DNA from: Octopus vulgaris
Taxonomy: Eukaryota
DNA: 64,000 nucleotides
Assembly: GCA_951406725.2 (NCBI GenBank)
Contig: OX597816.1
Coordinates: 43,524,001 to 43,588,000, forward strand
Direction of reading: 5' to 3'
A program made the translations under genes and the position numbers. Shown here piece by piece: positions 25,195 through 39,955 of the stretch. Under the pieces are notes generated by a model, which made no database searches, had not been told where the DNA came from, and saw only the letters and a program-made list of their open reading frames with translations. Each line of letters begins with the position of its first letter. Within the stretch, counting starts at the first letter, position 1.

Positions 25195-25520
<326 letters not shown>

Positions 25521-27539
25521 AATATGTTCGAAGGAACACGCGTACATCTGTGTTTGCACTGAGAAATAGAACCGGAGAGAATGTGAGAGAAGGAGACGAT
25601 GTCTGTGTATGTATATATATGTGAGTGATTGCAGTTGCGTATATTTCCTTATATTTCTGTTTGTGATTCTGTTTGTATGTATGTGCCTGAGCGAGCCCCT
25701 GTGTATATGTATCAATATATGTTTATGAAGATTACACACATGTCAGAGTATTTGGTCTATAATGATGGATCGATCAGGACTGTGCAAATTCAGCGGTGAC
25801 TTAACTCAGGCAGTACGACTTGGAATATAATACTAAGCACACGAAAATACACATTCCACAGAGCATACACGCACGTAAGGAAAACTCACTTTTCTCTTCT
25901 TTTAGGTTTTTTTTTTTTGCTTTGTTCTTTTCCTCAATAATACTTACACTCGCACAATCGCGAAAATGTTCATGCAAACAAAATCGAGAATATGGCGCCC
26001 GTTTAAAAGAGAAACAGCTAATCTGAGCATTATCACGTGACACGCGCTTTTAATCGTAGTTGACATGTGTAAACACTTTTACGTTTATGCTTTATTTCGT
26101 TTTGTTTTGTTTTGTTTTTTTCCTTAGTGTAAATTTAACTATCAATTCGGGTGAAGTTTCCATATTGCTTTTGTTGATATTGTTAATTGGACACCTAATA
26201 CAGCGTTCGTTGTTGACAGGAAAGTGGACTACAAAATCTAATGCATCTTATATGTATGGGAAAAAAAAAGAAATAAAAACAAACATTAATCCAAGTTTTT
26301 AGTCGACAGTAACGGCTGACAGATGATTCTTAGCTAATTGCTTTCTGTGGGTTGTTTGATAGACACAAATATAACTAATACACTATATATATATATATAT
26401 ATATATATACTAGCAAGCAGCATCGGACATATAATCTCGTATGCAAAATATTTTCTTTGTACTCTCCTATATACATTTTCTTCCAGTAACTCTCTCGCTC
26501 GTTCCAGCTTTTCTCTCACCCTCGTCTCTACCTTTGTATTTGTTTGAATATCGGAATAAATATCTAAATGAATAACGTCTATGCACGCATACATGCATGC
26601 TGGTCCGTCGGAGCGACCAGGGCCATTTAGTCAACCTTACGGATGGATGACGTATTGCGCGAATATTAAAGTGAAGAAAATTTGTACATTCGGTAACGCT
26701 ACTCTCTTGTCCGCGACCATCTTAAAGCCAGTGGCAAAACCTGGTCAAGACGACTGGGGATAGAAATAGATGCAGTTGACCACTAAGATATTTTACCTGC
26801 CTCATCTTGCCCTCTGGATTCCACGATGTGATGCAGCAGCCACCTTCTGCTTTGAAGAGTGAAAGTTTCTTCTGCAGAGTTCACCGGATCTAGTCTTCAC
26901 ATGTATAGGCAAGCCATAATATGCTGATTATCTCATAGTTGGGATCCCGACAAGTCAGAGTATACCTAGAAACAATTTAATCTAAGGGGCGATTCCAAAC
27001 TCATCATATATATATAGACATAATCGCGCATATATCTACGACTTTCTATTAAAAACTCATGTTTTCATATAAATTATGCATTTTCCTTTATATATTTTCA
27101 GAATACCGATATTGTTTTTCATTGTATCATTTAACTGATTTAGATATTTTATAAAAACTAACGTTTCAAGGATGTATCATTCACTTTCTCATTTTCAAAT
27201 TTCGGCCTTTTATGTTTTTCCCACTAGCGATATCCTCAAATACTCCCTGGTTTACAAATCGGAATTCACTGTTGGTTGTGATACATAGAAGTAGAGTTGT
27301 GCAACTATGTCATGAGATATGCATAAAAATGTTACTTGTAAAGCGTCACGTGAAACATATCATGTGTTACTTGCTTCTGAAGGATCGCATCCAACTCGTG
27401 TTTCGAGATATACACTCCGTATATTATATAAACCTTCTTCTAAGAACTACTTCAATGTTCAATATAAGATTTGTCGTATGGAGTCACTTAACACACACTG
27501 TGTTTATCCTGGTTCTAAGAATTACTTTCGTCTCCTGTA

Positions 27540-28035
27540 GGCGAAGGTAATGCTATGTAGTTAAGAAGCTCACTTTGTTTTCAAGTTCAATTCCACTGCC
27601 TGGTACATTGGGCAAGTGTCTTCTGCTATAGCTTCCGGCCGACTGATGCTTTGTGAGTATTTGGCAGACGGAAACTGTGTGAAAGCCTGTAATGTGTGTG
27701 TTTGATTTTGCGTTAGTCATATATTGCTACCACCTGACAACCGGTGCTGGTTTGTTTACGTTCTTCAACCATAGCAGTTCGGCCAAATAGACCAATTAAA
27801 GCACCAGACTCAAAAATAAGTACTGGGATCGATTTGCCCGATTAATCTCTTCAAGGTGATGCTCCAGCATGGCTACAGTCCAATGGCTAAAGCAAGTATT
27901 CTATGAGGTTTCTAAAAATGATCTAAGTACCAAAGTACTAGGCTTAAAAAAAAGTCCTGGGGCTGATTTGTTCGACTAAAACACTTCACGACGGCGCTCC
28001 AGCTAGGCCGCAGTCAAATAAGTAAAACAAGTAAA
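27540..28035 (+). mobile_element. Old diverged SINE A copy plus a second tail fragment
   Basis: TTGGGCAAGTGTCTTCTGCTATAG, GACAACCGGTGCTGG, two GCTCCAGC tails. Confidence 0.65.
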
Positions 28036-28366
28036 AAAAAAATATAAGTATAAAAAAATAAAATACTGGCTTTGTTTTATGGACCCCCCTCCCCACCGCG
28101 GAAGAGTCAAAGGTAAATTCGATGCCAGTTGGATTCCAAGTAAAATATAAAGATAAGTAAAGTAATTTCGTTTAGCATATTTCCAGATCGTTAATGGTGT
28201 ATGTATATGTGTACACACACACATAGGCATACAGATGTGAGATAGAGGACAGAAAACTCCGGGGACAGTGACTCTGATAAAAGCATCGCGGCTGACAGAG
28301 TTATTGATCTCTTCAGATAAAGTTTGGTTATTAATAACTATAAAAATATTCGTTGGCAACCGTATT

Positions 28367-28445
<79 letters not shown>

Positions 28446-28534
28446 ACTTACTCAACCATTTTCATGAATTTATAAGTACGAGCATATTCAGTCTGTTTTA
28501 CATACAAAAATGTATGTGTGTATATATTTCCGTT

Positions 28535-28536
28535 CA

Positions 28537-28582
<46 letters not shown>

Positions 28583-28583
28583 C

Positions 28584-28632
<49 letters not shown>

Positions 28633-28696
28633 CGTCTGTCTGTCTGTCTGTCTGTCTGTCTTGATATACTTACGTGTGTATGTATATATATGTGTG

Positions 28697-28745
<49 letters not shown>

Positions 28746-28986
28746 GCATATATATGTATATGTGTGTATATATATAAGCATATATATGTACATGTGTGTG
28801 TATAAGTATAAATATATATGCGTGTGTGTGTGTGCGTGTATGGTATATACATATGTGAATATATATATGTATATATATATATATATATATATACATACAT
28901 ATATATATATATATACATACATACATATATATATGTATATATATATATATATATATACATACATATATATATATATACATACATAC

Positions 28987-29017
<31 letters not shown>

Positions 29018-29053
29018 TACATATATGTATATATATATATATACATATATATG

Positions 29054-29097
<44 letters not shown>

Positions 29098-29144
29098 TAT
29101 ATGTATATATATATATATACATATATATGTATATATATATATAC

Positions 29145-29175
<31 letters not shown>

Positions 29176-29280
29176 TACATATATATGTATATATATATAC
29201 ACATACACATACATATATATGTATATATATATATATATATATACACATACATATACACACACACACACACATACATATAT

Positions 29281-29337
<57 letters not shown>

Positions 29338-29769
29338 TATATACATACATATATATGTATATATATATATACATACATATATATGTATATATATATATGT
29401 ATATATATATACATACATATATATGTATATATATATATATATACATACATATATATGTATATATATATATGTATATATATATACATACATATATATGTAT
29501 ATATATATATGTATATATATATACATACATATATATGTATATATATATATATATATACATACATATATATGTATATATATATATGTATATATATATATAC
29601 ATACATATATATGTATATATATATATATATATACATACATATATATGTATATATATATATGTATATATATATACATATATATGTATATATATATATAATA
29701 TATATACATACATATATATGCATATATATATATTTGTATATATATAATATATATACATACATATATATG

Positions 29770-29859
<90 letters not shown>

Positions 29860-29865
29860 TACATA

Positions 29866-29897
<32 letters not shown>
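28535..29897. repeat. ~1.35-kb compound microsatellite (CTAT, CTGT, TA/TG/CA)
   Basis: Direct reading; source of the spurious 300-475 aa YI-rich ORFs. Confidence 0.95.
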
Positions 29898-30392
29898 CCC
29901 GGCGTTGCTCGGGTTTGTAAGGGAAATAACTATATAAGCATTTTTAGAGAGTTACTTCCCTTATAAATTCGGGCTTTCTTAGCCATTTTTGTTTTGGTGT
30001 CTTCAAGCCATGAAGTCGTTGTTCTAAAAGAACGCTGGTTTCCTTCACAACGCATTACGACGTTGATTTCTTTACACTCCCTTCCCCACAGCTTCACGAG
30101 GGAGGGAAGGGGGAGAAGCAAACAGGTGCAGCTGTGAGCGTGGACGCCAACTCCGCCGCCATCGACATACGATGCATTTTATGCATTAAAATGGAATAAA
30201 AAATGATGTTAAATTATTTTTAAAATCGTAGACTCATCGTTGACGCGCGCGCTAATAGTCAGACGGGCTCGATATGAATCACGACTATAAGATACCCGAA
30301 TTTGGTTAAACTGCACCGCAAATGTGGGAGGAGTTAGGAATCTAAATCGAAGGGGACAGACACTCACACAACTAGAGTTTTATATATATAGA
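29898..30392 (-). mobile_element. Non-autonomous Helitron, terminal CTAG missing
   Basis: Reverse complement of 30541-31033; A|TC 5' end at 30392. Confidence 0.85.
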
Positions 30393-30540
30393 TATACATA
30401 CATACATACATACATACATATACACACGCACACGAATACAAACATGTAGACACACTTACACACAATGTCTCGTATACGTGGTGTTAACTAATTATTTTCT
30501 TTCTTATAAATAGCAGGAAATTTTCATCTTCAGAAGCACA

Positions 30541-31045
30541 TCTATATATATAAAACTCTAGTTGTGTGAGTGTCTGTCCCCTTCGATTTAGATTCCTAAC
30601 TCCTCCCACATTTTGCGGTGCAGTTTAACCAAATTCGGGTATCTTATAGTCGTGATTCCTATCGAGCCCGTCTGACTATTAGCGCGCGTCAACGATGAGT
30701 CTACGATTTAAAAAATAATTTAACATCATTTTTTATTCCATTTTAATGCATAAAATGCATCGTGTGTCGATGGCGGCGGAGTTGGCGTCCACGCTCACAG
30801 CTGCACCTGTTTGCTTCTCCCCCTTCCTCCCTCGTGAAGCTGTGGGGAAGGGAGTGTAAAGAAATCAACGTCGTAATGCGTTGTGAAGGAAACCAGCGTT
30901 CTTTTAGAACAACGACTTCATGACTTGAAGACACCAAAACAAAAATGGCTAAGAAAGCCCGAATTTATAAGGGAAGTAACTCTCTAAAAATGCTTATATA
31001 GTTATTTCCCTTACAAACCCGAGCAACGCCGGGCGATACTGCTAG
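30541..31045 (+). mobile_element. Non-autonomous Helitron, complete
   Basis: A|TCTATATATA start; CCCGAGCAACGCCGGG hairpin; CTGCTAG|T end; no TSD. Confidence 0.9.
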
Positions 31046-32158
31046 TTTTAAATAAAATATTCATAAATGAAACAAATATCATTATTAGTGATATAATTTT
31101 GACAACGTTAACCAAGAACTATCATTTATCATAATTTTAATTAATCATCGAAGACACTTCTCTCAACATTGAACTTTCCCATATGTACAATTACTATTAG
31201 ACGACCATTTCATGTTATTTATAATCGGAATTTTCCAAACTCCAAACACTAGAAATATTGTTGAAACTCTCTCAACCTATCAATTCAAAGATGGCCGGTG
31301 GAAGCCTAATTTAATATCATCTTACATAAAAATACTTTTGTTTTTCTTTGATTGCGTTCGTTCATTCAGTATCAGCCACATTGTTTGTAGTTATGTAACG
31401 TCTATAGTTTGCTGTTTCCTGTAATTAGAATAATAAACGTACAATATATTTACTGTGGCCTGCTAAACAGTTGGGGTATTCGATTTACGATCAACATATC
31501 GCGGGTTCGATTCCCGTCCAGGGTAACACGTCGTGCCTTTAAGCCTGGTATTTCATTTAACGACGTTGCTCGAATATTCTAAGCTAAAATGAGCACCCGT
31601 TGAGTGCTGCTGCAACCCTCTTTCCTCAAGCAGTCGTATCTTGAAGGTTTCATTAAGTCAAATGTAGGGGAGCTGTGAAGGTGTTTGAGACTACTTGCGA
31701 CTACATAAACATCTAAAACAATTTGTAAAAGCATGGTACATGCTACCGGATCCATATTCGTCTGCGAGGGATAATTGTAAGTTTCTTCCTGTGTATTACA
31801 GCGATATGCTATTTTACATTTTTTACTGTTTCTAGTGATAGGAATGTGGTCATGCTGGGGCACAATATTTTATAAGGGTTTTAGTCGATTTAATTACAGA
31901 TAGCGGCTAAATCGCCCTCAAAAATACATTTCATTCATCCATCGATTTTTGCCACCCACTATTCACGAAAGGTTTTAGGGGTAGAGTTCTCAGGCACATT
32001 CCTCCTTCATAGGATCCTATCAGAATCACCCGTCATTTCCTGCTGGATTCCCAATCTTGACTAACTGAGACTATAAATATTATCCAACTCTCCTATTCCT
32101 ACTCCTCGGTCTCCTGCCGGTTGGCTGGCTTGAAGAATCTGTCTTGCGATTCTTTCCT

Positions 32159-32384
32159 CGAGCTGGCAGAAACGTTAGCACGCCGGGCGAAATGCGTAGC
32201 TGTATTTCGTCTGCCGCAACGTTCTGGGTTCAAATTCCGCCGAGGTCGACTTTGCCTTTCATCCTTTCGGAGTCGATAAATTAAGTACCAGTTTCGCACT
32301 GGGGTCGATATAATCGACTTAATCCGTCTGTCTGTCCTTGTTTGTCCCCTCTGTGTTTAGCCCCTTGTGGGTAGTAAAGAAATA
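32159..32384 (+). mobile_element. SINE family B monomer
   Basis: Matches the family consensus. Confidence 0.85.
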
Positions 32385-32837
32385 ATCATACTGACCACAT
32401 GTTCGTAATATCGGAGCTGTGACCTCTCAGAGTGAATTAACAGCTGGACATGGAGAGTCTCTTTGTAGACAAGACAGAATAGACAGTGTAATTTCAAATA
32501 TTTCCTTCCATAAGAAACACGGGATTCTAAAGAACACTTTTGATCAGAGATGTGAATAATAACAATTGCGCTAGCACGAGCAATGGGGATGTAAATACGT
32601 CACCGTTTGTCCTTGAAATCACACCGTATCGTGTTCAAGAGTAAGAGGGAACACTTTGAATCATTGGCCTGCTAGGTTAGGACTGACTCTGAAAGCTGCT
32701 GGTCAGATGTACGTCACCTTCCAACATACATTGTTGTTTTATACACAGCTCGCACATAACAGATGTTCTCTCGGGATAAATATCGCAGCAACTTGCCTTT
32801 TAACGTATCACACTTAATATACATTAAGTATGACGCG

Positions 32838-32905
<68 letters not shown>

Positions 32906-33827
32906 TATGAGCGTGTGTGTGTATGTACTCCCACATGTATACAGACACACACACACACACACACACACATACGTGTGTGTGTGTGTGTGTGCGCGCGTCC
33001 GCGCATGTGTACACGGACATGTCAAAAGTAAATAGACACCATTTTTGAAAGATTTCTTACTAGACACAAAAGTTGACACATTTATATACTTAATCTTGTA
33101 CTATTCAGATTCCATTGTGCAGTTTTTAATGGTTTTAACCCGAGTGCGCATCGTACAAGTGGGTAGTGTCCGCACAGATAACAGATAAAAGGGTGTTATT
33201 TACTTTTGAGATCTCCCTGCATGCGTGTGTCTATGTATGTATGTTTGTATGTATGTATGTATGTATGTATGTATGTATGACTGCATGCATGTATTTCCTG
33301 GAACAGACCTATGCTTCTGATAGTCAATACGTAATATGTACATAATGTTACCTTCGTAAGCACGCTACAAAAAGGAAACTATTTCAAATATATTCATTGA
33401 AGCTACTTCATAAGTAACATGCAACACTTTCATTCTATAGATGAACAAAGCCTCAATGTGGTAAAATTCGAAAACCGTTTGGTTTGACGTAAATAATTTA
33501 GCAGACAACCCTTTACAAATTAGACTTAATATTTAAAAGACGCGATAGGGGTTATGTAATAAGAAATAATTCTTAAATGCGAGAGTGTAATTTCGTGTCA
33601 GTTTTACGTGATAGCTCTGTCGAGATAGATAAATTTAGATGAAATAAAATGTAAACGGAATATAATAACTGAGATTCAGACGAGGTATACACACCAAAAA
33701 TTAATATAGTACACTACTACACAGAATATTTACAAATTTTAGCCAGCACATTGTCTGTATGAAGAAACTATATGTTGACGCCGAAAGAGCAATCTGTCAA
33801 ACTTGTTTCGATCTCTCATACAGCGTA

Positions 33828-35250
33828 TCAACAGCATTATCGACTCTGTAATCCCAGAGTTTTTTTTATTGTTGACGCCCTGCTCGATTTGAGGACAGTG
33901 AATTTAAATGTCATCTCGTCAAGTGGGCTACACTTTTTATATTCTACATAGCTTTTGCTTTCGTTCCTCGACATTCTATATTCCCTCTCCCTTTTTTCCC
34001 CTCATTTTTCATTAGTTTTCGTCTGCTCCCTACCTTTGCAAGTGAATGAAGACTCACCATGTGGAGATCCTGGGACCATGAAGGAAGTGATGCCCTCTAA
34101 GAATTAATAGAGTACACTATACTACATAGATTTTAGCCGACACATTGTCTTTACGAAGAAACTATATGTTGACGGTTAAAGAGCAATCTGTCAGACTTGT
34201 TTCAAATTTGTATTAGGATTTTACGAACACAGCATTCTCTTGGACTGCCAGTATAGATACTATTTACAAAACTACAATTGCAAAACGTTTGCAGATATAC
34301 AAAACGAAGTTATGCAACATGGTTTAAGGAATATAGATATATACAATATATATGAGGATATAGTGATATATCTAGGGATATATTAGATATTTCAGGTATA
34401 TTGATTTCAAATTTTGGCACATGGCCAACAGTTTCGGTGGGAAAGTCGATTACTTCGATTCCGATGCTCAACTGGTATTTATTTTATCGACCCCAAAAGG
34501 ATGAAAGGTAAAGTCGACCTCCACTGAATTTGAAATTAGAACGTGGAGACGGACGAAATGCCATAAGATTTTTGCCCTGTTCGCTGCCTTCATATTTGAT
34601 GTTTATTAAATACAGATCAGATAAATACTTATTTAAAAACACAACTAAACAAACAGCGAGCAACACATCCACTCAGCGGCGGTAATCCACTGGCTAATCG
34701 AATTAGAGCAGTCACACTCTCACAGTTTGTTATTCGTTGTATTGAAATTGGGTGCAGCCAAGGAGCCCGTGAGCATCCTTTTCTTTTCATTTATTTAAAA
34801 CTTTTGCGAATGATATTTCTGATAAAATTTATTCAGCATTCTCTGGGCATCGGTATTTTATAGTGTGACACATCATTGATATGGTCTTCACCAATTTTTA
34901 ACCGTTTCCCCTGTTTCTTGTAAATCCGCCGTAAATCATCAACTTTACGGCATGTCAACAGCATTATCAACTCTGTGAAGGCTGAGCTTTTTGATATCAT
35001 TGACACTTTGCTCAATCTCAGGATGGCCAGCTTAATGTTATCTCAAGTGGGCTACACTTCTCGTGTTCTTAATAGTTTTATCTTTTATTCCTTTCCTCGA
35101 CCCCCTATATTATCTCTCTCTCTCTCTCGTTTTTAAAACTTTTTCCCTCATCTTTCTTTAGTGTTTGTCTTCCCCCTACCTTTGCAAGTCAATGAAGACT
35201 CGCCGTGTGGAGCTTCTGGGATCGTGAAGGAAGTGATGTTCTCTAAAAAA
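33828..35250. repeat. Two diverged copies of an unclassified ~280-bp sequence (33828-34105; 34955-35250)
   Basis: Shared TCAACAGCATTATC, CAAGTGGGCTACACTT, CCTACCTTTGCAAGT, GAAGGAAGTGATG. Confidence 0.7.
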
Positions 35251-35843
35251 ATTTTTGGAACTCACAGGTCAATTCCTTTTGTTGTTGCTACTTTAACTGG
35301 AAAGGGCAGCAGTAGAACTAGTGCAAAAAATTCATCTATTGCACTTGTGGGAAAGGTTTCCTCAGAACAGAAACCTTTCCCACAAGTGTAACAGACGAGA
35401 TTATAGCAGTAATCGAACAGCTAGTGAAGTGCTCTTCTCTGCAGCTAATAAGAATGCTTGCAATTTGAACTTCGTTAATGCTGGGATAAGATATTTTCTT
35501 ACTTCTTTCCTAATTATTCGATAGAGTACCTATGTGTAGATGTGAGGAGGCGCATGGCTTAGTGGCTAGGGTATTCGGCTCATAATCACAAGGTCGTGTG
35601 TTCGATTCCCGGTGGTGCGTTGTGAAAAGATACTTAGCAGCATTTCTTCTGGCTTTACGTTCTGAGGTCAAATTCCGCCGAGGTCACCTTTGCCTTTCAT
35701 CCTTTCGACGTCGATAAAATAAGTACCAGTTGCACTCTGAGGTCAGTGTAATCGTCTAGCCCACTCTCACAAAATTTCAGACCTTCTACTTATAGTAGAA
35801 AGAGGCATTACTATAATTATATTTTTTGTTATCAGTTAAAGTA

Positions 35844-36313
35844 CAGTTACTTCCCTGTTTAAGTGCGCATCCCAGATAAGTACGCGCGAAATCCTCAAGA
35901 ATCCCAGGTTCAAGTTTATCAGTATTTTAACTTCCTGAGACATCAAATCACAACGTTTTGCATCGCTTCCCGGTTCTCCAATATCTTTCGGATAGTACCT
36001 TCATTCACTTCATATTCTCGTGCAAGAGCTTGCTTACTCGGATGATTCGGCTTGTTCACCTTAACAATGATATCCGATCTCTGGGATTCATTCAAACGCT
36101 TCCCCTTTCTTTTGCTTGACATTATGGAGAAAACTGACAGCAAAGACGACAAATATGATCTAAAACCGTGTACATACGTGAGCCTTGCTGGGATTAACTG
36201 CGCGCATACATTCGTGCTACTGATTGGCTACGCCTGTTGATATGTATGCACCTACCGGATAAGTACACATAAGCGATTCGGTTCAAGCTGCGTACTCAAG
36301 AGGGAGATTGCTG
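35844..36313 (-). mobile_element. Internally deleted Tigger/pogo-like transposon
   Basis: TA-flanked imperfect TIRs (CAGTTACTTCCCTG / CAGCAATCTCCCTC) enclosing a CENP-B-type HTH ORF. Confidence 0.8.
35943..36122 (-). pseudogene. Truncated Tigger/CENP-B-like transposase, N-terminal HTH (59 aa)
   Basis: MSSKRKGKRLNESQRSDIIVKVNKPNHPSKQALAREYEVNEGTIRKILENRE resembles pogo/Tigger psq-type HTH domains. Confidence 0.8.
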
Positions 36314-36899
36314 TACTGAGATGACATACAACGCTGGGATTTCCTATATAGCATCACGGACATCATCTAAACTTTAAAACTGCGTGCTTTATCCGTTTAG
36401 CTTTTTTCTTAATATTATGGTACAAATCAATTTAGTTGTAGTAAGTAGCTTAGTCCCAGGATAGTCATGAATAAGCGGATCTATGATCAAAAGCAGTTCA
36501 ACAGAAACTCGTCCCTGTCCCTAGCAATGCATATCTGCATTACATTATTCAGTGTGTCCTTACTTTCCAAGTCTGTTGGGTGTGAGTTTGTAGGTTTCTT
36601 TCCTATATCCAGCAGCTCCGGTGTTCACGTAGGTCGCTTACACATCGTTTCGATTATGACTTGTAATTATTTGAGATCGCATTACGCTATTATTTCAGAC
36701 ATTTGTTGACATTTTAACATTTAAGAATATAACAAAATAAAAGCAAGCTCATTTTACTTGTTAGTAATACGATTGCAGGTGTTTTATTTTTCAGATAATT
36801 TATTCTGTCTAAAACCATGTGTCTTTACATCTTTGTAGTTGCTACATAACGTCTCTCAAATATATTTCCTTTCGCACTGAGAACTATCAAGAATGTTGT

Positions 36900-36935
<36 letters not shown>

Positions 36936-36960
36936 ATATATGTATTTATGCACTTACGTT

Positions 36961-37193
36961 ACCTATTTCTTTATTACCCACAAGGGGCTAAACACAGAGG
37001 GGACAAACAAGGACAGACATAGGTATTAAGTCGATTACATCGAGCCCAGTGCGTAACTGGTACTTAATTTATCGACCCCGAAAGGATGAAAGGCAAAGTC
37101 GACCTCGGCGGAATTTGAACTCACAACGTAACGCAGACGAAATACCGCGAAGCATTTCCCTCAGCGTGCTAACGCTTCAGCCAACTCGCCGCC
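36961..37193 (-). mobile_element. SINE family B monomer
   Basis: Full head and young tail ending AAAGAAATAGGTA. Confidence 0.85.
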
Positions 37194-37357
37194 TTACCGT
37201 TTAACAATTCTACTCACAAGGCGTTGGTTGACCCGGCTATACCAGTAAACACTTTCTAAGTGTGATTGAACCGAAGTCCACGTGGTTGTAAAGTAAGTTT
37301 CTCATCCACGTAGCTACGCTAACACACGCGCGCACACACATACACACATGTATATTT

Positions 37358-37600
37358 GTGTAGAGGCGCATGATGTAGGGGTTAGGGTGATCGTAAGATT
37401 GTGGTTTCGATTCCTGGGCTGGGCTGGGCGATGCGTTGTTTTCTTGAGCAAAACACTTCATTTCACATTGCTCCAGTCCACTCAGCTGGTAAAAATGAGT
37501 AATCCTGTGGTGGGCTAGCGTCCCATCCAGGGAGGAATGTATACACAGAGAAACCAGGAAACAGCCCTACACTCCTTACATAGTAATGTGGGCTAACGAG
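37358..37600 (+). mobile_element. SINE family D
   Basis: GGTTTCGATTCCTGG B-box; CTTGAGCAAAACACTTCATTTCAC...CACTCAGCTGG CORE-like body. Confidence 0.7.
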
Positions 37601-38007
37601 GGCTAATGAGATGTGTGTGTGTGTGTATGTGTGTGTGTGAGTGTGTGTGTGTGTGTGAGTGTGTGTGTGAGTGTGTTTGTGTGTTTGCGTGTTTGTGCGT
37701 GTGTGTGTGTGAGTGTGTGTGTGTTTTTGCGTGAGTGTGTGTTTGTGTGTGTGTGTGTTGGATACGTTTTTGTGTTTTTTCTCACCGTTTGAAAACCAAT
37801 TTTGGTATTTTAATATCAGTAACATAACGGTTCGTCAAAGAAATACTGCGATAGAATAAGTACCAACGTCTGAAATACTGAGGTCAGTTTGATTGACCAA
37901 AACCTTTCATAGGGATTCCCCCATATGACAACTGTGATTAAAACAAAAAGATTAAAACAAAAAGAACATTGAAAATAATCTGAGTCGTCAAAATACTATT
38001 TAGTTGA

Positions 38008-38198
38008 TTAGCATTTAAAGCAGTCATATCCAACCGATGTATTCTACCTGTTTTATGTTCAAACTGGCCGTATCCAGCCTCTTGCACCTACCTTACAATG
38101 TCATACTAAAAATAAACAATCACATCATCGATACCTCGAAGCAATCTGAATAAATAAGTCATGCGTTTGACAGAGAAATCTGAATGTCAAAGGGGTAA
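38008..38198. mobile_element. Possible decayed piggyBac-like MITE
   Basis: TTAGCATT start and AATGTCAAAGGGGTAA end resemble TTAA-CCCTTT-type termini; left end eroded. Confidence 0.35.
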
Positions 38199-38625
38199 AA
38201 CCCTATTAAAACTGCAGATTATAATTCGCTTCAATACGCTGTGCTACCATGGATTAATTGTGTCCAGAAATTTTATTCACAAATTTGAAACATATTACTA
38301 ATTAGACCTATGTGATATTCATCCCGTACAACTGGTATGTTCGTCAAAATATTACTAAAACATCGATTTATAAAGCAGATTATACGCAAACGTCTTGAAA
38401 GGTAATGAAGGATGATCAATCTGAAGCATGTACTCAAGGCCACAGTATTGTGTACTGTTTATTATAAGCAACATTCGTTTCTTACGCCATTGTGTTCTGG
38501 TTTAGTTCAAGTGCATACAGCCAACAACTCAACAGAGTTAACAATGAAAATATAGTCTAGAGCTTCTCTATACCAAGAATAGTAGTAATTGTTCGCATTC
38601 ATGGAATCATAGATACATATTCATT

Positions 38626-38685
<60 letters not shown>

Positions 38686-39099
38686 AATATCATTTAAGTA
38701 ATAACCTTATAGTGTACTTTACTAAGCGCTTCTGCAGGCATTGGCTACCATGTGCTATCATAAGGTAGGAGGTTCCCTTTTACTGGACGTCCATTAATAT
38801 CCTCAAAATCCGTACAAAAAATTTAAAATACAAGAAAATGAAATGAACAGGCTTTAATCCAAATCACTACAGTTGCTTCTGTACATTAATATCAGCTGGT
38901 AATTGTTGAGCGTTTCACATATTATACACATTCCGAATATGATCTAACATTAGCAGTATACCAGCACATTATCAGGTGAGTGGGTTCAAGAGCACCACTA
39001 CTACATATATACATAATCATAAAACATGTACTTTTATTCAACGGAACAAATAAACTTTGAAGAAAGATTTTGATAACATTTTTATAATGAGGCGGATAT

Positions 39100-39548
39100 G
39101 GAATTTGAACTCAGAAGCGATGGGCAAAATACCTATGTCTTTATTACCCACAAGGGGCTAAACATAGAGGGGATAAACGTGGACAGACATAGGTATTAAG
39201 TTTATTATATCGACTCCGGTGCTTAACTGGTACTCAATTTATCGATCCCGAAAGGATGAAAGGCAAAATCGACCTCGGCGGAATTTGAACTCACAACGTA
39301 ACGGCAGCCGAAATACCTGTTTCTTTACTACCCACAAGGGGCTAAACGCAGAAGGAACAAACAAGGACAGACAAACGGATTAAGTCGATTATATCGACAC
39401 CAGTGTGTAACTGGTACTTATTTAATCGACCCCGAAAGGATGAAAGGCAAAGTCGACCTCGGCGGAATTTTAACTCACAACGTAACGGCAGCCGAAATAC
39501 CGCTAAGCATTTCGCCCGACGTGCTAACGATTCTGCCAGCTCGTCGCC
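39100..39548 (-). mobile_element. SINE family B multimer (two units plus the start of a third)
   Basis: Tail|GGTATTT junctions near 39317 and 39133. Confidence 0.85.
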
Positions 39549-39955
39549 TTACAATTTGGCAATGATAAGACACATAATAACCTTCAAAGTTAATAATTTT
39601 TAAAACTATAACACTCTTTCTCCATTTCTCATATAATATTTCTGCTGAACATAGCCTACAAATTGTTTCACAATTTCAGATAATTATCTTCTGACCATTT
39701 TCTTTTGAATGCAAAACAGCTGTTTACAAAGGCTTCTTCCTGGCGTACTCTTTCACCATGCCCGGTGGTGTGTGCGTTTCCCGCGTAAAGAATGTAGAAG
39801 AAAATAGCTGGACAACTTAGACATATATTATTTGGTATAATTTAATTTTAATTTAAAGAGTCCAAATTACACCTTCGTCAACTTTACGTCTCATCCTTCC
39901 GTGGTTGATAAAATAACGTACAAGCCAAGTACTACATTCGATATAATCAACTCTT

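Noticed and set aside
25960-26050. YY1-like ATGGCG and TCACGTGA motifs suggesting a promoter
   Set aside because: Short motifs expected by chance; no associated exon or ORF evidence.
28510-29937. Long ORFs of 215-475 aa (YI/IH/CV-rich)
   Set aside because: Translations of stop-free dinucleotide microsatellite; the same applies to ORFs at 14.7-15.5 kb and 25.1-25.7 kb.
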